A stretch of 63,945 nucleotides of DNA from Actinomycetota bacterium (GCA_046731295.1 JBKPKU010000081.1:1-63945), one strand, 5' to 3'; positions 16,870 to 26,803 are shown, counted from the stretch's first letter. Notes: generated by a model not told the origin, from the sequence alone. Numbers and translations: made by a program.

Positions 16870-19077
16870 TCAGGACCCGGTCCGGGCGGCCCGGGACTCC
16901 TCCCACTCCTCCGGCGTGACGAGCACGTCGCGGGCCTTCGAGCCCGGGCTCGGTCCGACGATGCCGCGCTCCTCGAGGAGATCCATCAACCGTCCGGCGC
17001 GCGCGAACCCGACCTTGAGCTTGCGCTGCAACATGCTGGTGGATCCGAGCTGCGAGCGGACCACGAGGTCGGCCGCCTGCTCGAGCAGCTCGTCGTCGCC
17101 GCCGAGGCCGCCCTCCTCCTCGGCCTCCGTCGGCGGCTTGCCGAGCCCCTCGACGCTCATCGCGTACTCGGCCGGCCGCTGCTCCCGGACCCAGTTGCCG
17201 ACGGCCTCGATCTCCTTCTCGGTCACCCACGCAGCCTGCAGCCGGGTGGGCTTGGACGCCGACGACGGCGCGAACAGCAGGTCGCCGTGGCCGACGAGCT
17301 TCTCGGCGCCGTTCATGTCCAGGATCACCCGGGAGTCGGCCTGTGACGAGGTCATGAGGGCGATGCGCGAAGGGATGTTCGCCTTGATGAGGCCGGTGAC
17401 GACGTCGACGCTCGGGCGCTGGGTCGCGACCACGAGGTGGATCCCGACCGCGCGGGCCATCTGCGCGATCCGGCAGATCGCGTCCTCGACGTCCCGGGGC
17501 GCGACCATCATCAGGTCGGCCAGCTCGTCGATCACGACCAGCAGGTACGGGAAGTCGACGACCCGGTCGTCTTGGCCCGGCGGGATCCGGAGCGTTCCCT
17601 CCTCCAGCCCGAGCCGGTACCCGTCGATGTCGCGAACGCCCACCATCGCCAACAGCTCGTAGCGCTGCTCCATCTCGCGCACGACCCAGGCCAGGGCCTC
17701 GGCGGCGCGCTTGGGATGCACGATCACCGGCACCAGCAGGTGCGGCAGGTCCACGAAGTGCGCCAGCTCGACGCGCTTGGGGTCGACCAGGACGAGCTTG
17801 ACCTCGTCGGGGTCGGTTCGCATCAACACGGACGTGATGAACGAGTTGATCAGGCTCGACTTGCCGGCGCCCGTCGCCCCGGCGATGAGCACGTGCGGCA
17901 TCTGCGTCAGGTTCACGAGTTGCGCGCGCCCGTGCACGTCCTTGCCGAGCGCGACCGACAGCGGGTGCTCGTCGTCGGTGGCTGCCTTCGAACGCAGGAT
18001 GTCGCCCAGCATCACGAAGTCGCGGACCTTGTTGGGCACCTCGACGCCGATCGCCGACTTGCCCGGGATCGGCGCGATGATCCGCACATCGGGGGTCGCG
18101 AGCGCGTACGCGATGTCGTCGGCGAGCGAGAGCACCTTGTTGACCTTCGTCCCGGCTTCGACCTCGACCTCGTACAGCGTGACCGTCGGCCCGCGATGCG
18201 CCGCGACCACGTGGGCCGGCACGCCGAACGTGTGGAAGGTGCGCTCGAGCGCGGCCTTCTGGTGCTCCTCGTCGCGGTCGCTTCCGGCCGAGGGGGGCGA
18301 GGTTCGGAGCAGGTCGAGCGGCGGGAGCTCGTAATCGTCCCCGGATCTCGGCCGAACGAGCGCCGGGACCTCGATCGCCTCCGGCTCCTCCTCGTCCTGC
18401 TCGGCGTCCTCGGGGAGCTCGACTAGCGCGAACTCCCCCGAGTGCACGACCCGGAGCTCCTCGACTTGGACCTCGTCGATCGCGACCGGTTCCTGCTCTT
18501 CGTCCTCCTCGTCGGACTCCTCGCGCGTGAACGCCTCGAGGATCCGTTCCCAGATGGCCGACAGCGGCGTCCCCGCGAAGATCAGCAGGCCGAGCAGCAC
18601 CGCGCCGCCACACACGATCACGGCGCCGATCCCCGACACCAGCTTGCCGAGCGGCCACGCGGCGAGCGCCCCCACCACCCCGGCCGCGTCGCCCACCCGC
18701 GCGTAGCCGCCGAACGGTCGGGGGTTCCCTTGCCACAACGACAGCAGCCCCAGCACGCCGACCGTGGCTATCGCGAACCCGATGAACATCCGCAGGCGCT
18801 CCTGTTCGGGTGCGCCGCGGAGCAGGACGAGCCCCCAGTACAGGGCGAGCAGCGGGAAGACCACGGCCGCGAGGCCGAACGACGCGTGCAGAAGCCAGTC
18901 CAGGCCTCGGCCGACGGGTCCTGCCGCCTCGAACCACAGCCCGAGCACCGCCAGCAGAGCGAGGACGACCAGGCCGATCCCCAGGGCGTCGCGCGCCCAG
19001 GGTCGCAGGTGCGTCCTGACCGAGGTGCGGGCCTTCCCCTTGGTTTTCCGGCCGCGGCCTCTCGAAGAGCCGGCCAA
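16870..19077 (-). CDS. ftsK: DNA translocase FtsK
   Basis: N-terminal TM helices, Walker A GATGAGKS, gamma wHTH STSMLQRKLKVGFARAGRLMDLLE. The start is a TTG directly after the rnj stop and is uncertain. Confidence 0.9.
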   Translation of the reverse strand: MAGSSRGRGRKTKGKARTSVRTHLRPWARDALGIGLVVLALLAVLGLWFEAAGPVGRGLDWLLHASFGLAAVVFPLLALYWGLVLLRGAPEQERLRMFIGFAIATVGVLGLLSLWQGNPRPFGGYARVGDAAGVVGALAAWPLGKLVSGIGAVIVCGGAVLLGLLIFAGTPLSAIWERILEAFTREESDEEDEEQEPVAIDEVQVEELRVVHSGEFALVELPEDAEQDEEEPEAIEVPALVRPRSGDDYELPPLDLLRTSPPSAGSDRDEEHQKAALERTFHTFGVPAHVVAAHRGPTVTLYEVEVEAGTKVNKVLSLADDIAYALATPDVRIIAPIPGKSAIGVEVPNKVRDFVMLGDILRSKAATDDEHPLSVALGKDVHGRAQLVNLTQMPHVLIAGATGAGKSSLINSFITSVLMRTDPDEVKLVLVDPKRVELAHFVDLPHLLVPVIVHPKRAAEALAWVVREMEQRYELLAMVGVRDIDGYRLGLEEGTLRIPPGQDDRVVDFPYLLVVIDELADLMMVAPRDVEDAICRIAQMARAVGIHLVVATQRPSVDVVTGLIKANIPSRIALMTSSQADSRVILDMNGAEKLVGHGDLLFAPSSASKPTRLQAAWVTEKEIEAVGNWVREQRPAEYAMSVEGLGKPPTEAEEEGGLGGDDELLEQAADLVVRSQLGSTSMLQRKLKVGFARAGRLMDLLEERGIVGPSPGSKARDVLVTPEEWEESRAARTGS

Positions 19078-20781
19078 CTACACCTCCACGATCACGGGCA
19101 GGATCACGGGCTTGCGCTGCGTGACCTCGTAGAAGTACTTGCCGAGGACCCGCCGGATGTTCTGTTCGAGCACCCCGCGGTCGACCACCTCGGCCTCGGC
19201 GCTGTCCTTCAGGGAGAGCATGACGCGTTCGCGCGCCGCTTCAAGGATGTCGGCAGAGGTCTCGTCGAAGACGAACCCGCGGTTGACGATGTCCGGACCG
19301 GAGATGATCTGCCCGTGGTGGGCGTCGACGGCCACCACGACGACCACCACGCCGTCGGCCGAGAGCTTGCGGCGATCGCGCAGCACGATCTCGCCCACAT
19401 CGCCGATGCCCAGCCCGTCGACGAGCGTCATGCCGGCGGGGGCCCGGTCTACCACGTGGACCTTCTCCCCAACCTCGACCACGTCGCCGTCTTCGCAGAT
19501 CATGACGTGGTCGGCGGAGATCCCGACCTCGGTCGCGATCTTGGCGTGGTGGGCGAGGTGACGCCGCTCGCCGTGGATCGGGACGAACCATCGCGGTCGG
19601 ACGAGCGACAGCATCAGCCGCAGTTCCTCGGCGGCGGCGTGGCCGCTCGCGTGCACCGGGTAGGCCGGGAGATGGAACACGTCCGCTCCGGTCCGATAGA
19701 GGCCGTCGATGACGCGGTGGATCGCGGGCTCGTTGCCGGGGATCAGGCTCGACGACAGCACCACGCTGTCGCCCTCCTTCAACTTGACCCACTTGTGTTC
19801 GCGTGCCGCCATCAGGCTCAGGGCCGAGAAGGGCTCGCCCTGTGAGCCCGTGCAAACGACGACGACCCGTGAGGGATCTCGGTGCTCGACCTCCTCGATC
19901 GGGATGACGTCGCCCTCGGGCACGTGCAGGATCCCGAGCAGTCGGGCCGCCTCCACGCTCTGGAGCATCGAACGGCCGAGGAACGCGACCACGCGCTCGT
20001 CGGCCCGGGCCGCGTTCACCACCTGTTGGATCCGATGGATGTGGCTGGAGAAGCACGCGACCACCACGAGCTGCGGCGCCCGCGAGATGATGTCCTGCAG
20101 GACCGGGCCCACGCTGCGTTCGCTCTCGGTATACCCGGCCTCCTCCGCGTTGGTCGAGTCGCTCAGTAGCAGATGGACGCCGCGCCCGGCCTCCTCCGCG
20201 AGCGCGTGCAGATCGGTGGCGCGTCCGTCCAGGGGGGTCTGGTCGATCTTGAAGTCGCCCGTGTGCAGGATGGAGCCGTAGAGCGTGTCGATCACGACGG
20301 CCATGCCATCGGGGATCGAGTGCGTGACGCGGAGGAAGCGCATCGAGAACGGACCAGTCACGGCCGTCTGACCGGGAGTCACCTGCCGGAACTCGGCGCG
20401 ATCGCGTACCTGGTGCTCCTCGAGCTGGCCCTCGAGCAGCGCGAGCGTGAACGCCGTCCCGTACACCGGGAGCGGGGCCCCACCGAACTCGCGCAGGAGG
20501 TATGGAAGGGCGCCGATATGGTCCTGGTGCCCGTGCGTCAGCACGATCGCCTCGACCTCGTCGAACCGCTCGCGCACGTACTCGAAGTCCGGCAGGACCA
20601 GGTCGATGCCGGGCATCTCGGCGTGCGGGAACGACAAGCCGACGTCGACGATCAGGAGGCGGCCGTCGAGCTCGACGCACGCCATGTTGCGACCGACCTC
20701 GCCGACGCCGCCGAGGAAGACGACGCGCGCCGGAAGGGTGTCGGCGCCGGAAGGCGCGCCCGGACTAGAGGAGTCCGGCAT
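19078..20781 (-). CDS. rnj: Ribonuclease J (metallo-beta-lactamase/beta-CASP)
   Basis: FLGGVGEVGRNM..., HGHQDHIGALPYL, beta-CASP and C-terminal domain. Confidence 0.9.
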   Translation of the reverse strand: MPDSSSPGAPSGADTLPARVVFLGGVGEVGRNMACVELDGRLLIVDVGLSFPHAEMPGIDLVLPDFEYVRERFDEVEAIVLTHGHQDHIGALPYLLREFGGAPLPVYGTAFTLALLEGQLEEHQVRDRAEFRQVTPGQTAVTGPFSMRFLRVTHSIPDGMAVVIDTLYGSILHTGDFKIDQTPLDGRATDLHALAEEAGRGVHLLLSDSTNAEEAGYTESERSVGPVLQDIISRAPQLVVVACFSSHIHRIQQVVNAARADERVVAFLGRSMLQSVEAARLLGILHVPEGDVIPIEEVEHRDPSRVVVVCTGSQGEPFSALSLMAAREHKWVKLKEGDSVVLSSSLIPGNEPAIHRVIDGLYRTGADVFHLPAYPVHASGHAAAEELRLMLSLVRPRWFVPIHGERRHLAHHAKIATEVGISADHVMICEDGDVVEVGEKVHVVDRAPAGMTLVDGLGIGDVGEIVLRDRRKLSADGVVVVVVAVDAHHGQIISGPDIVNRGFVFDETSADILEAARERVMLSLKDSAEAEVVDRGVLEQNIRRVLGKYFYEVTQRKPVILPVIVEV

Positions 20782-21649
20782 CCATCAGGGCCCCGCGGAT
20801 CCGTTCGCGCTCCTCGTTGGTCGCCGGCACGAGCGGCAGCCGCGGCGGCCCGACCGGGTGGCCGACCATCCCGAGGGCGGTCTTGACGGGGATGGGGTTC
20901 GACGTGATGAACAGCGCGTTGAACAGCGGCGTCAACTCCTCGTGGATCTTGCGGGCCGCCGGGATGTCGCCGGACTCGATCAGGTCGCACATCTGTCGGA
21001 TCTTCCCGCCGACGAGGTGGCTCGCGACCGAGACGACGCCGACCGCGCCCAGGCACATGTAGCCGAAGGTCGCCCAGTCGTCCCCGCTGTAGACCTCGAA
21101 GTCCGGCGGGGCCTCCGAGATGAGCCGCGAGATCGCCTGGAAGTCGCCGGTGGAGTCCTTGACCCCGACGATGTTCGGGACCTCGGCCATCTTCAGCAGT
21201 GTGTCGTGTTCGAGCCGGATCCCGGTGCGGCCCGGGATGTTGTACGCGACCACCGGGATCGAGACCGCGTTCGCCACCTTCTTGAAGTGCTCGAGCAGGC
21301 CGCGCTGCGGCGGCCTGTTGTAGTACGGCGTGACGAGGAGCAGCCCGTCGGCGCCCAGCGCCTCGGCCTCGCGCGAGAGGTCCAGGGTCTCGGCGGTGTT
21401 GTAGGTGCCCGTGCCGCAGATCACCTTGCCCTTGCCTCGGGCGACCTCGACCACGGCGCCGAACAGCTCGACCTTCTCGCGATGCGTGAGCGTCGGTGAC
21501 TCCCCCGTCGAGCCGGCGATCACCAGGGACTCCGAACCCCGCTCGTACAGGTGGGCCGCGAGGGACCGCGCCGCGTCGAGGTCGAGCGCGTGATCGTCCT
21601 TGAACGGCGTGACCATGGCGGTGACGACCGCCCCGAACCTACCGGCCAT
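20765..21649 (-). CDS. dapA: 4-hydroxy-tetrahydrodipicolinate synthase
   Basis: FGAVVTAMVTPF...IAGSTGESPTLT...YNRP... Start at the ATG preceded by GGAAGGAGG, 23 codons inside the ORF. Confidence 0.9.
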   Translation of the reverse strand: MAGRFGAVVTAMVTPFKDDHALDLDAARSLAAHLYERGSESLVIAGSTGESPTLTHREKVELFGAVVEVARGKGKVICGTGTYNTAETLDLSREAEALGADGLLLVTPYYNRPPQRGLLEHFKKVANAVSIPVVAYNIPGRTGIRLEHDTLLKMAEVPNIVGVKDSTGDFQAISRLISEAPPDFEVYSGDDWATFGYMCLGAVGVVSVASHLVGGKIRQMCDLIESGDIPAARKIHEELTPLFNALFITSNPIPVKTALGMVGHPVGPPRLPLVPATNEERERIRGALMDAGLL

Positions 21650-21703
21650 GTCGCTTCCTCCTTCCGTGCCTGCGCGTTGCACCTCGCGCACAAGCATCAC
21701 ATC

Positions 21704-21717
21704 TGCAACATGTTGCA
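21704..21717. promoter_or_regulatory. Perfect 14-bp palindrome TGCAACA-TGTTGCA in the dapA/pduO-type divergent spacer
   Basis: Read directly. A further GTGCAAC copy (minus strand) lies at 21677-21683. The spacer is locally AT-richer. Confidence 0.4.
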
Positions 21718-21865
21718 CATGTCTACCATGGGAGTCGTGTGGATGCCGAGCAACGCCTGACAGGTGCGGAAGGGTCGATCGCTGGTGCCTCCGGCATCTC
21801 CTGCGGCTCCTGTTATGCCTGCGCCCACGGCTGGTGGGCGGACGGCCGCCGCTATCCTAGCCAGC

Positions 21866-22423
21866 GTGCCGCGCATCTACACCGGGACCGGGGACGACGG
21901 CTCGACGGGGCTCCTGTTCGGGGGGCGGGTCTCCAAGGCCGATCCGGTCGCCGAGGCGGCCGGCGCGATCGACGAGGCCGTCGCTGCGCTCGGCCTGGCC
22001 CGCGCCCTCGCCGAAGACGCCTCCCTGCAGGCCGAGATCCTGGAGCTGCAAAGAGAGCTGTTCGTCGCGGGGGCGGACCTGGCCACGAACCCGGCCGGGC
22101 GGAGGCGCCTCGAACCCGGCGTGTCGCTCGTGACCCCGGACATGGCCGGGCGCCTCGAGTCCCGGATCGACGAGCTCGTCCTGGCCCATCCCCTGCCGAA
22201 CGCGTTCATCGTGCCGGGCGTCAACCCGGTCTCGGCGGCGCTCGACGTGGCGCGCAGCGCGATCCGACGTGGCGAGCGGCGTGTGGTCGCGGTTCGGGAC
22301 GCCGGCGGATCCGTGAACGGGCACGTGCTCCTGTACCTGAACCGGCTGTCTGATCTGATCTTCGTCCTCGGACGGATCGCCGCCGGGGAGGCCGAGCCAC
22401 TGAGCCGCGGGGAGAGCGGCTAG
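21866..22423 (+). CDS. ATP:cob(I)alamin adenosyltransferase, PduO type
   Basis: PRIYTGTGDDGSTGL..., ...LQRELFVAGADLA..., ...YLNRLSDLIFVL. GTG start 7 nt after a TATCCT -10-like hexamer, so the mRNA may be leaderless. Confidence 0.75.
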   Translation: MPRIYTGTGDDGSTGLLFGGRVSKADPVAEAAGAIDEAVAALGLARALAEDASLQAEILELQRELFVAGADLATNPAGRRRLEPGVSLVTPDMAGRLESRIDELVLAHPLPNAFIVPGVNPVSAALDVARSAIRRGERRVVAVRDAGGSVNGHVLLYLNRLSDLIFVLGRIAAGEAEPLSRGESG

Positions 22424-22881
22424 GCGGTCCGGACGAACGCGCCGTAGTTGTCGGCGCCAAACAGCAGCACGAGCAGCCCGATGTCGTCGACGGACAGGTC
22501 GTCGAGCCGCACGTCGAAGGACGCGGTGTCGCCCGCCGACACCGGCGCGGCGTCGAGTACCGTGCCGTCGACCTCGTGCCCGTCGGCCGCCTCGAGCACG
22601 TACAGGCCCGGCGGGTCCAGGTCGTTGCTCGAGTCGTTCTCCACGTCGAGTGTCCCGTCGCTCCCATCCAGCGTGACGGTGACCACGAGGCCCTCGTTCG
22701 CGTACTCGTAGGTCGCGGTGCCGGGGGCGCCGGTGAAGGTCTCGGCCGGCGTCGGGACGTCGGCGCTCGTCTTGGACGCGGCGTTCGAGGGCTCTTTTCC
22801 TCCGTCGCATGCTGCCAGCACGATCGCGAGCGCGAGGAAGCCGGGCAGGAGGACGCGGGTAGGCTTCATGGGTCGCGGCAT
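22420..22881 (-). CDS. Lipoprotein of unknown function
   Basis: Signal peptide with lipobox LAAC (MKPTRVLLPGFLALAIVLAACDGG). The mature part is acidic and beta-rich. Start is 22881 or 22869. Confidence 0.6.
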   Translation of the reverse strand: MPRPMKPTRVLLPGFLALAIVLAACDGGKEPSNAASKTSADVPTPAETFTGAPGTATYEYANEGLVVTVTLDGSDGTLDVENDSSNDLDPPGLYVLEAADGHEVDGTVLDAAPVSAGDTASFDVRLDDLSVDDIGLLVLLFGADNYGAFVRTA

Positions 22882-22912
22882 GCTACACGACGTCCCGAAG
22901 GAAGGAGACCCC

Positions 22913-23368
22913 TTGCGAACGCTGGAAGTGCGCCGCCACGCCCGCCGCGATCCGAACGCGGATCGGCTCTCGGACGAGGGCCGCGCGCAGGCGCAGTCGG
23001 TCGGCGCGACGCTCGCCGGGGGCTACGTCGTGGTCTTCGTCTCCCCCGCCGAGCGGGCGGCGGAGACCGCCGCGTGGATGCTCCGCGGCCTGGGCGAACA
23101 GCTCCCGGCGCACGCGGTCGTACCGGGCCTGGCGGCCGAGGACAACGACGGCTCGCCGCTGGCGATGGCCGGCGTGGTCTCGGCGCTGCTGGACGCCGTC
23201 CCCGAGGACGAGCGCGGCCTCGCGATCTCGCACACGCCGCTGATCGAGCGCGCGGTGCTCGGCCTGACCGCTGATGAGATCGATCCGCTCGCCGAATGCG
23301 AGGGCGTCGTCCTCTCCAAGGCGACCGACGACGCGCCGATCGAGCTCGGCGAGCTTCGACTCTCCTAG
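22913..23368 (+). CDS. Histidine phosphatase (phosphoglycerate mutase-like) family protein
   Basis: LEVRRHARR (RHG-type motif) and VSPAERAAETA. TTG start 5 nt after SD GAAGGAG. The longer ORF from 22718 would overlap the divergent lipoprotein gene. Confidence 0.6.
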   Translation: MRTLEVRRHARRDPNADRLSDEGRAQAQSVGATLAGGYVVVFVSPAERAAETAAWMLRGLGEQLPAHAVVPGLAAEDNDGSPLAMAGVVSALLDAVPEDERGLAISHTPLIERAVLGLTADEIDPLAECEGVVLSKATDDAPIELGELRLS

Positions 23369-23374
23369 GCCTTC

Positions 23375-23992
23375 GTGGATCTCTCGCTCGCGATCGCCGC
23401 CTTCGGTCTGGGCGTCGCCCTGGGCGCCTCGCCCGGACCGGTGCAGCTCCTGCTGTTCTCGGAGGCCTCGCGCGGCGGCGCCGGCCGCGGCCTGCGGGCC
23501 ATGGCGGGCGCGAACGCGACGTTCGGCGCGATGATGCTGCTGCTCGCCGCCGGCCTGTCGAGCATCGAGCCCTCCGAATCGTTCCTGCGCGTCGTGAAGG
23601 TGATCGGCGGTGGGTTCCTCGTGTTCCTAGCGTTCGACGCGATCCGCGAGCGCCGACGCTCGCACGAGGTGGAGGATGGCCCGCTCGGAGGCCTGCACCC
23701 GACGGTCCGCGGGATCGTCGCGGTGATCCTGAACCCCGGCGTCTACGTGTTCCTGGCCACGACCGGCACGGCGCTGGTCGCGAGCGCGGTCGACCAGGGC
23801 GGCCGCGGCCTCGCCGTGGTGACGGTGATCGCGCTGCTGCTCGGCGTGTCGCTGATGGACTCGGCGATGGTGCTGCTCGGCGCCGGCGCGCACCGCGTCA
23901 GCGATCGGTTCCTGCGGATCCTGAGCGACGTGCTCGCGGTCGCGATGGGCGCCCTGGGCGTGTGGCTGTTCGTGCGCGGGATCGCCGGCTGA
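23375..23992 (+). CDS. LysE/RhtB-family amino-acid exporter
   Basis: About six hydrophobic helices. The N-terminal GASPGPVQLL motif is typical of LysE translocators. Confidence 0.7.
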   Translation: MDLSLAIAAFGLGVALGASPGPVQLLLFSEASRGGAGRGLRAMAGANATFGAMMLLLAAGLSSIEPSESFLRVVKVIGGGFLVFLAFDAIRERRRSHEVEDGPLGGLHPTVRGIVAVILNPGVYVFLATTGTALVASAVDQGGRGLAVVTVIALLLGVSLMDSAMVLLGAGAHRVSDRFLRILSDVLAVAMGALGVWLFVRGIAG

Positions 23993-25213
23993 TCAGAACT
24001 CGTACGGGGACCAGGGCGCCGGATCGCAGGCGAACATCGCGTCGGCCCTCATCAATGCCCCCGCCGTGGCCTCGTGGACCCTCCCGGCACGATGGAGCTG
24101 CCGGAACGACGTGCCGCCGAGATACGCGGCGGCGACCTCGTTGACGGTGCACGCGAGATCCGCGGGTTCGGTGGTCGGTTCGGCGACGCCGAGGTCGTCG
24201 TTCGAGACGTCCAGCGCGTACCGACCCTGGTTCCATGGGCAGAACGCGTCGGCGATCTCCAACACGAGCCGGCCCCGGGCTCCGTACATCCGGGCACCGA
24301 GCGCGCCCGGAACATCGACCAGCCGCATCCACAGGTTGTCGGACATCCTGGCGCGCAGGCGCCGAGGCTCGCGCAGCAGGTGGAACAGCGGCTCGTCGCT
24401 CGGGCGGTTCCCCGCTTCCACGTACGCCACGAGGTCCACGTCCAGCACGAAGCGCCACAGGTCCGCGTACGCCCCGGGGTTCGCGGCCACGAGGTCCCGA
24501 ACGCGCAGCGTGGTGTTCGGCGAGCCCTCGGGCCAGTCGTGCGCGACCTTGTAGATCACGTACCCGTCCACGCCGCCCGGCCCCTCGTGCAACGCGAAGA
24601 ACGACGGCCGTTCCTTGTCGGCGCCGTGCTCGTGGCCGACGACGTACGCGAGCCTGCGCTCGTCCAGGTGCACCATTCCGGGGACACCGAGCCGCGACGC
24701 CTCGTGCACGGCGAGGATCTCCTTGGTGGCGCGCTCGCGCTCGACGAGCCGTATCTGGCCCGATGCCTCGTACCCGCGGACGAATGCCGAGCGGGCCGTC
24801 TCGATCCGCAGCGTCAGCCCGATCGTCCCGAGCCCGAACCCGTACCGGCCGTAGATCCCGCCCTCGGACGCGTACAGGACCGAGAGGACCTCGCCCCGTT
24901 CGTGTGCGTCGTCCATGAGCGCGCGCATGAGCCTCGCCGCGATCCCCCGGCGGCGGTGCGTCGGGAGGACGCCGACCAGCGTCGGGTAGCCCACCACGAG
25001 CTCGGCGCCGGGGACCGTCATGGGCATCGTGAACGCGCCGGCCGTCCCGACGATGTCGGGCCCGTCGAACGCGGCGAAGTTGCGGTCGGGCTCGGCGATC
25101 GAACGCTCGCGCTCGATCTCGTCGCGGTCGGGGACGACGCCGGACGCGAGCTCGGAGGCCAGCAGGAACGGCTCGAGCTCGTCCTCGGTGATACGTCGGA
25201 TCTGTACGTTCAT
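23993..25213 (-). CDS. Eis-like GNAT N-acetyltransferase (GNAT domains plus SCP2-like C-terminal domain)
   Basis: VLPTHRRRGIAARLM acetyl-CoA motif, ~405 aa length and a C-terminal Phe (...APWSPYEF), as in the Eis/UPF0256 family. Confidence 0.7.
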   Translation of the reverse strand: MNVQIRRITEDELEPFLLASELASGVVPDRDEIERERSIAEPDRNFAAFDGPDIVGTAGAFTMPMTVPGAELVVGYPTLVGVLPTHRRRGIAARLMRALMDDAHERGEVLSVLYASEGGIYGRYGFGLGTIGLTLRIETARSAFVRGYEASGQIRLVERERATKEILAVHEASRLGVPGMVHLDERRLAYVVGHEHGADKERPSFFALHEGPGGVDGYVIYKVAHDWPEGSPNTTLRVRDLVAANPGAYADLWRFVLDVDLVAYVEAGNRPSDEPLFHLLREPRRLRARMSDNLWMRLVDVPGALGARMYGARGRLVLEIADAFCPWNQGRYALDVSNDDLGVAEPTTEPADLACTVNEVAAAYLGGTSFRQLHRAGRVHEATAGALMRADAMFACDPAPWSPYEF

Positions 25214-25222
25214 CCGCCGAGC

Positions 25223-25993
25223 TTACGAGCCGGGCAGACCCTCGAACACGTCGCCAAGGACAGTCGCGCCCGGCTCGGCCGGGGGCCACGCGATCACGAA
25301 GGACTCCGTGGCCAGGATCTCCGGCCACAGGTCGAACGGGAGGTCCTCCAGCTCGGCCTGCGTCTTGTGGCTGCGGAGCGCCTCGAGCTTACGCTCGTAC
25401 GCGTTCGAGGCGTCCACGCGCACGCCGATCGTCTCGTCCGGCACGCCGCGCGGCATGAAGGGCTGCGTCGGGTCCATGGGTTCGAGCCCGCGCTCGCGCA
25501 GCAGCTCGTTCAGCCGCTCGAGGTCGCCGGCGGCGATCGCGACGTACAAGAGCCGGGCGAGGCCCGGTGTGCCGCGTTCGCGCTCGGCGTGGAAGGCGTC
25601 GGTCGCGGCCGCCCCGATCGTGACATGGTCCTCGTGGCCGGTGATCCCGTCGGGCCCGAACGACACGACCAGCTCGGGCTCGGTCTCGCTCAGGAGGTCG
25701 CGCACCTCGGTCACCAGTTCGTCGCGCAGCGCGGGCAGCCCGCCGTCGGGATGCCGCAGGAACCGGAGGTGGGGCTCGAGTCCCAACGCGCGCCACGAAG
25801 CCTCGTCCTCGGACTCCCGGACCCGCCCGAGGTCCTCGCGCGTGGCGAGCGACGGGTCGGCGATCCGACCGGCGTCCCCGCTCGTGGCCAGGACGACCGT
25901 CAGCTCGACGTCCTCGGCGTGGATCGCCAGGCTGCCGCCCACGCCATAGGTGTCGTCGTCGGGGTGGGCGAAGACGCAGGCGACCCGCCGCAC
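25223..25993 (-). CDS. PIG-L/LmbE-family deacetylase
   Basis: VFAHPDDDTYG and ...GHEDH... zinc-binding motifs. Confidence 0.75.
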   Translation of the reverse strand: MRRVACVFAHPDDDTYGVGGSLAIHAEDVELTVVLATSGDAGRIADPSLATREDLGRVRESEDEASWRALGLEPHLRFLRHPDGGLPALRDELVTEVRDLLSETEPELVVSFGPDGITGHEDHVTIGAAATDAFHAERERGTPGLARLLYVAIAAGDLERLNELLRERGLEPMDPTQPFMPRGVPDETIGVRVDASNAYERKLEALRSHKTQAELEDLPFDLWPEILATESFVIAWPPAEPGATVLGDVFEGLPGS

Positions 25994-25996
25994 CGG

Positions 25997-26803
25997 CTAC
26001 GGGAGCGGCGGGAGGTCCAGCAGCGGTTCGAGCCCGACCGTCAGGCCCGGACGTGTCATCACGGCGCGCGCCGCCATCAGCACCCCCGGCATGAAGGACG
26101 AGCGGTCGGTGGAGTCGTGCCGGATCGTGAGCGTCTGCCCCTGCCCGCCGAAGATGACCTCTTGGTGCGCGACCAGACCCGGCAGGCGGACCGAGTGGAT
26201 GCGGATCCCCTCGACTTCGCCGCCGCGCGCGCCCTCGATCGACTCGCCGTCCGGCCCCCGCCAGGCCTCGCGGCGCTCATCCTGGATCCGCCGGACGGTC
26301 GCGATCGCCGTGCCGGAGGGAGCGTCGGCCTTCTGATCGTGGTGCAGCTCGATGATCTCGACCGCCGGCAGGTAGTGGGCCGCGAGCGCCGAGAAGCGCT
26401 GCATCAGCACGGCGCCCAGGGCGAAGTTCGGCGCGATGATCACGTTGGACTCGTGGCCCTCGTCCGACAGGAGCTTGTCGATCTCCTGGAGCTCCTCCTG
26501 CGTGATGCCGGTGGTGCCCACTACGGCCTGCACCGCGTGCGAGATGCACCACCGGATGTCGTCCATCACCACGTCGGGATGGGTGAAGTCGATCGCCACG
26601 ACCGCCTTGGCCTCCAGCAGGCGCTCGAGCTCGTCGGAGACCGGGACGTCGAGCTCGGGGTGGCCGATCATCTGGCCGACGTTCTGGCCGATCTTCGACC
26701 GGTCGACGGCCGCGACCAGCGCGAAGTCCTCGGAATCGGCGAGCGCGCGGCAGACCATGAGGCCCATGCGGCCGCACGCGCCGATCACCCCGACGCGGAT
26801 CAC
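25997..26803 (-). CDS. dapB: 4-hydroxy-tetrahydrodipicolinate reductase
   Basis: MIRVGVIGACGRMG..., ...ELHHDQKADAPSGTA... Confidence 0.9.
   Translation of the reverse strand: MIRVGVIGACGRMGLMVCRALADSEDFALVAAVDRSKIGQNVGQMIGHPELDVPVSDELERLLEAKAVVAIDFTHPDVVMDDIRWCISHAVQAVVGTTGITQEELQEIDKLLSDEGHESNVIIAPNFALGAVLMQRFSALAAHYLPAVEIIELHHDQKADAPSGTAIATVRRIQDERREAWRGPDGESIEGARGGEVEGIRIHSVRLPGLVAHQEVIFGGQGQTLTIRHDSTDRSSFMPGVLMAARAVMTRPGLTVGLEPLLDLPPLP

Noticed and set aside
16748-18937. 729-aa minus-strand ORF overlapping ftsK in another frame, and other overlapping ORFs in 16678-19845
   Set aside because: FtsK in frame 16870..19077 has Walker motifs and the gamma domain. The alternative frames are Arg/Gly/Pro-rich with no features.
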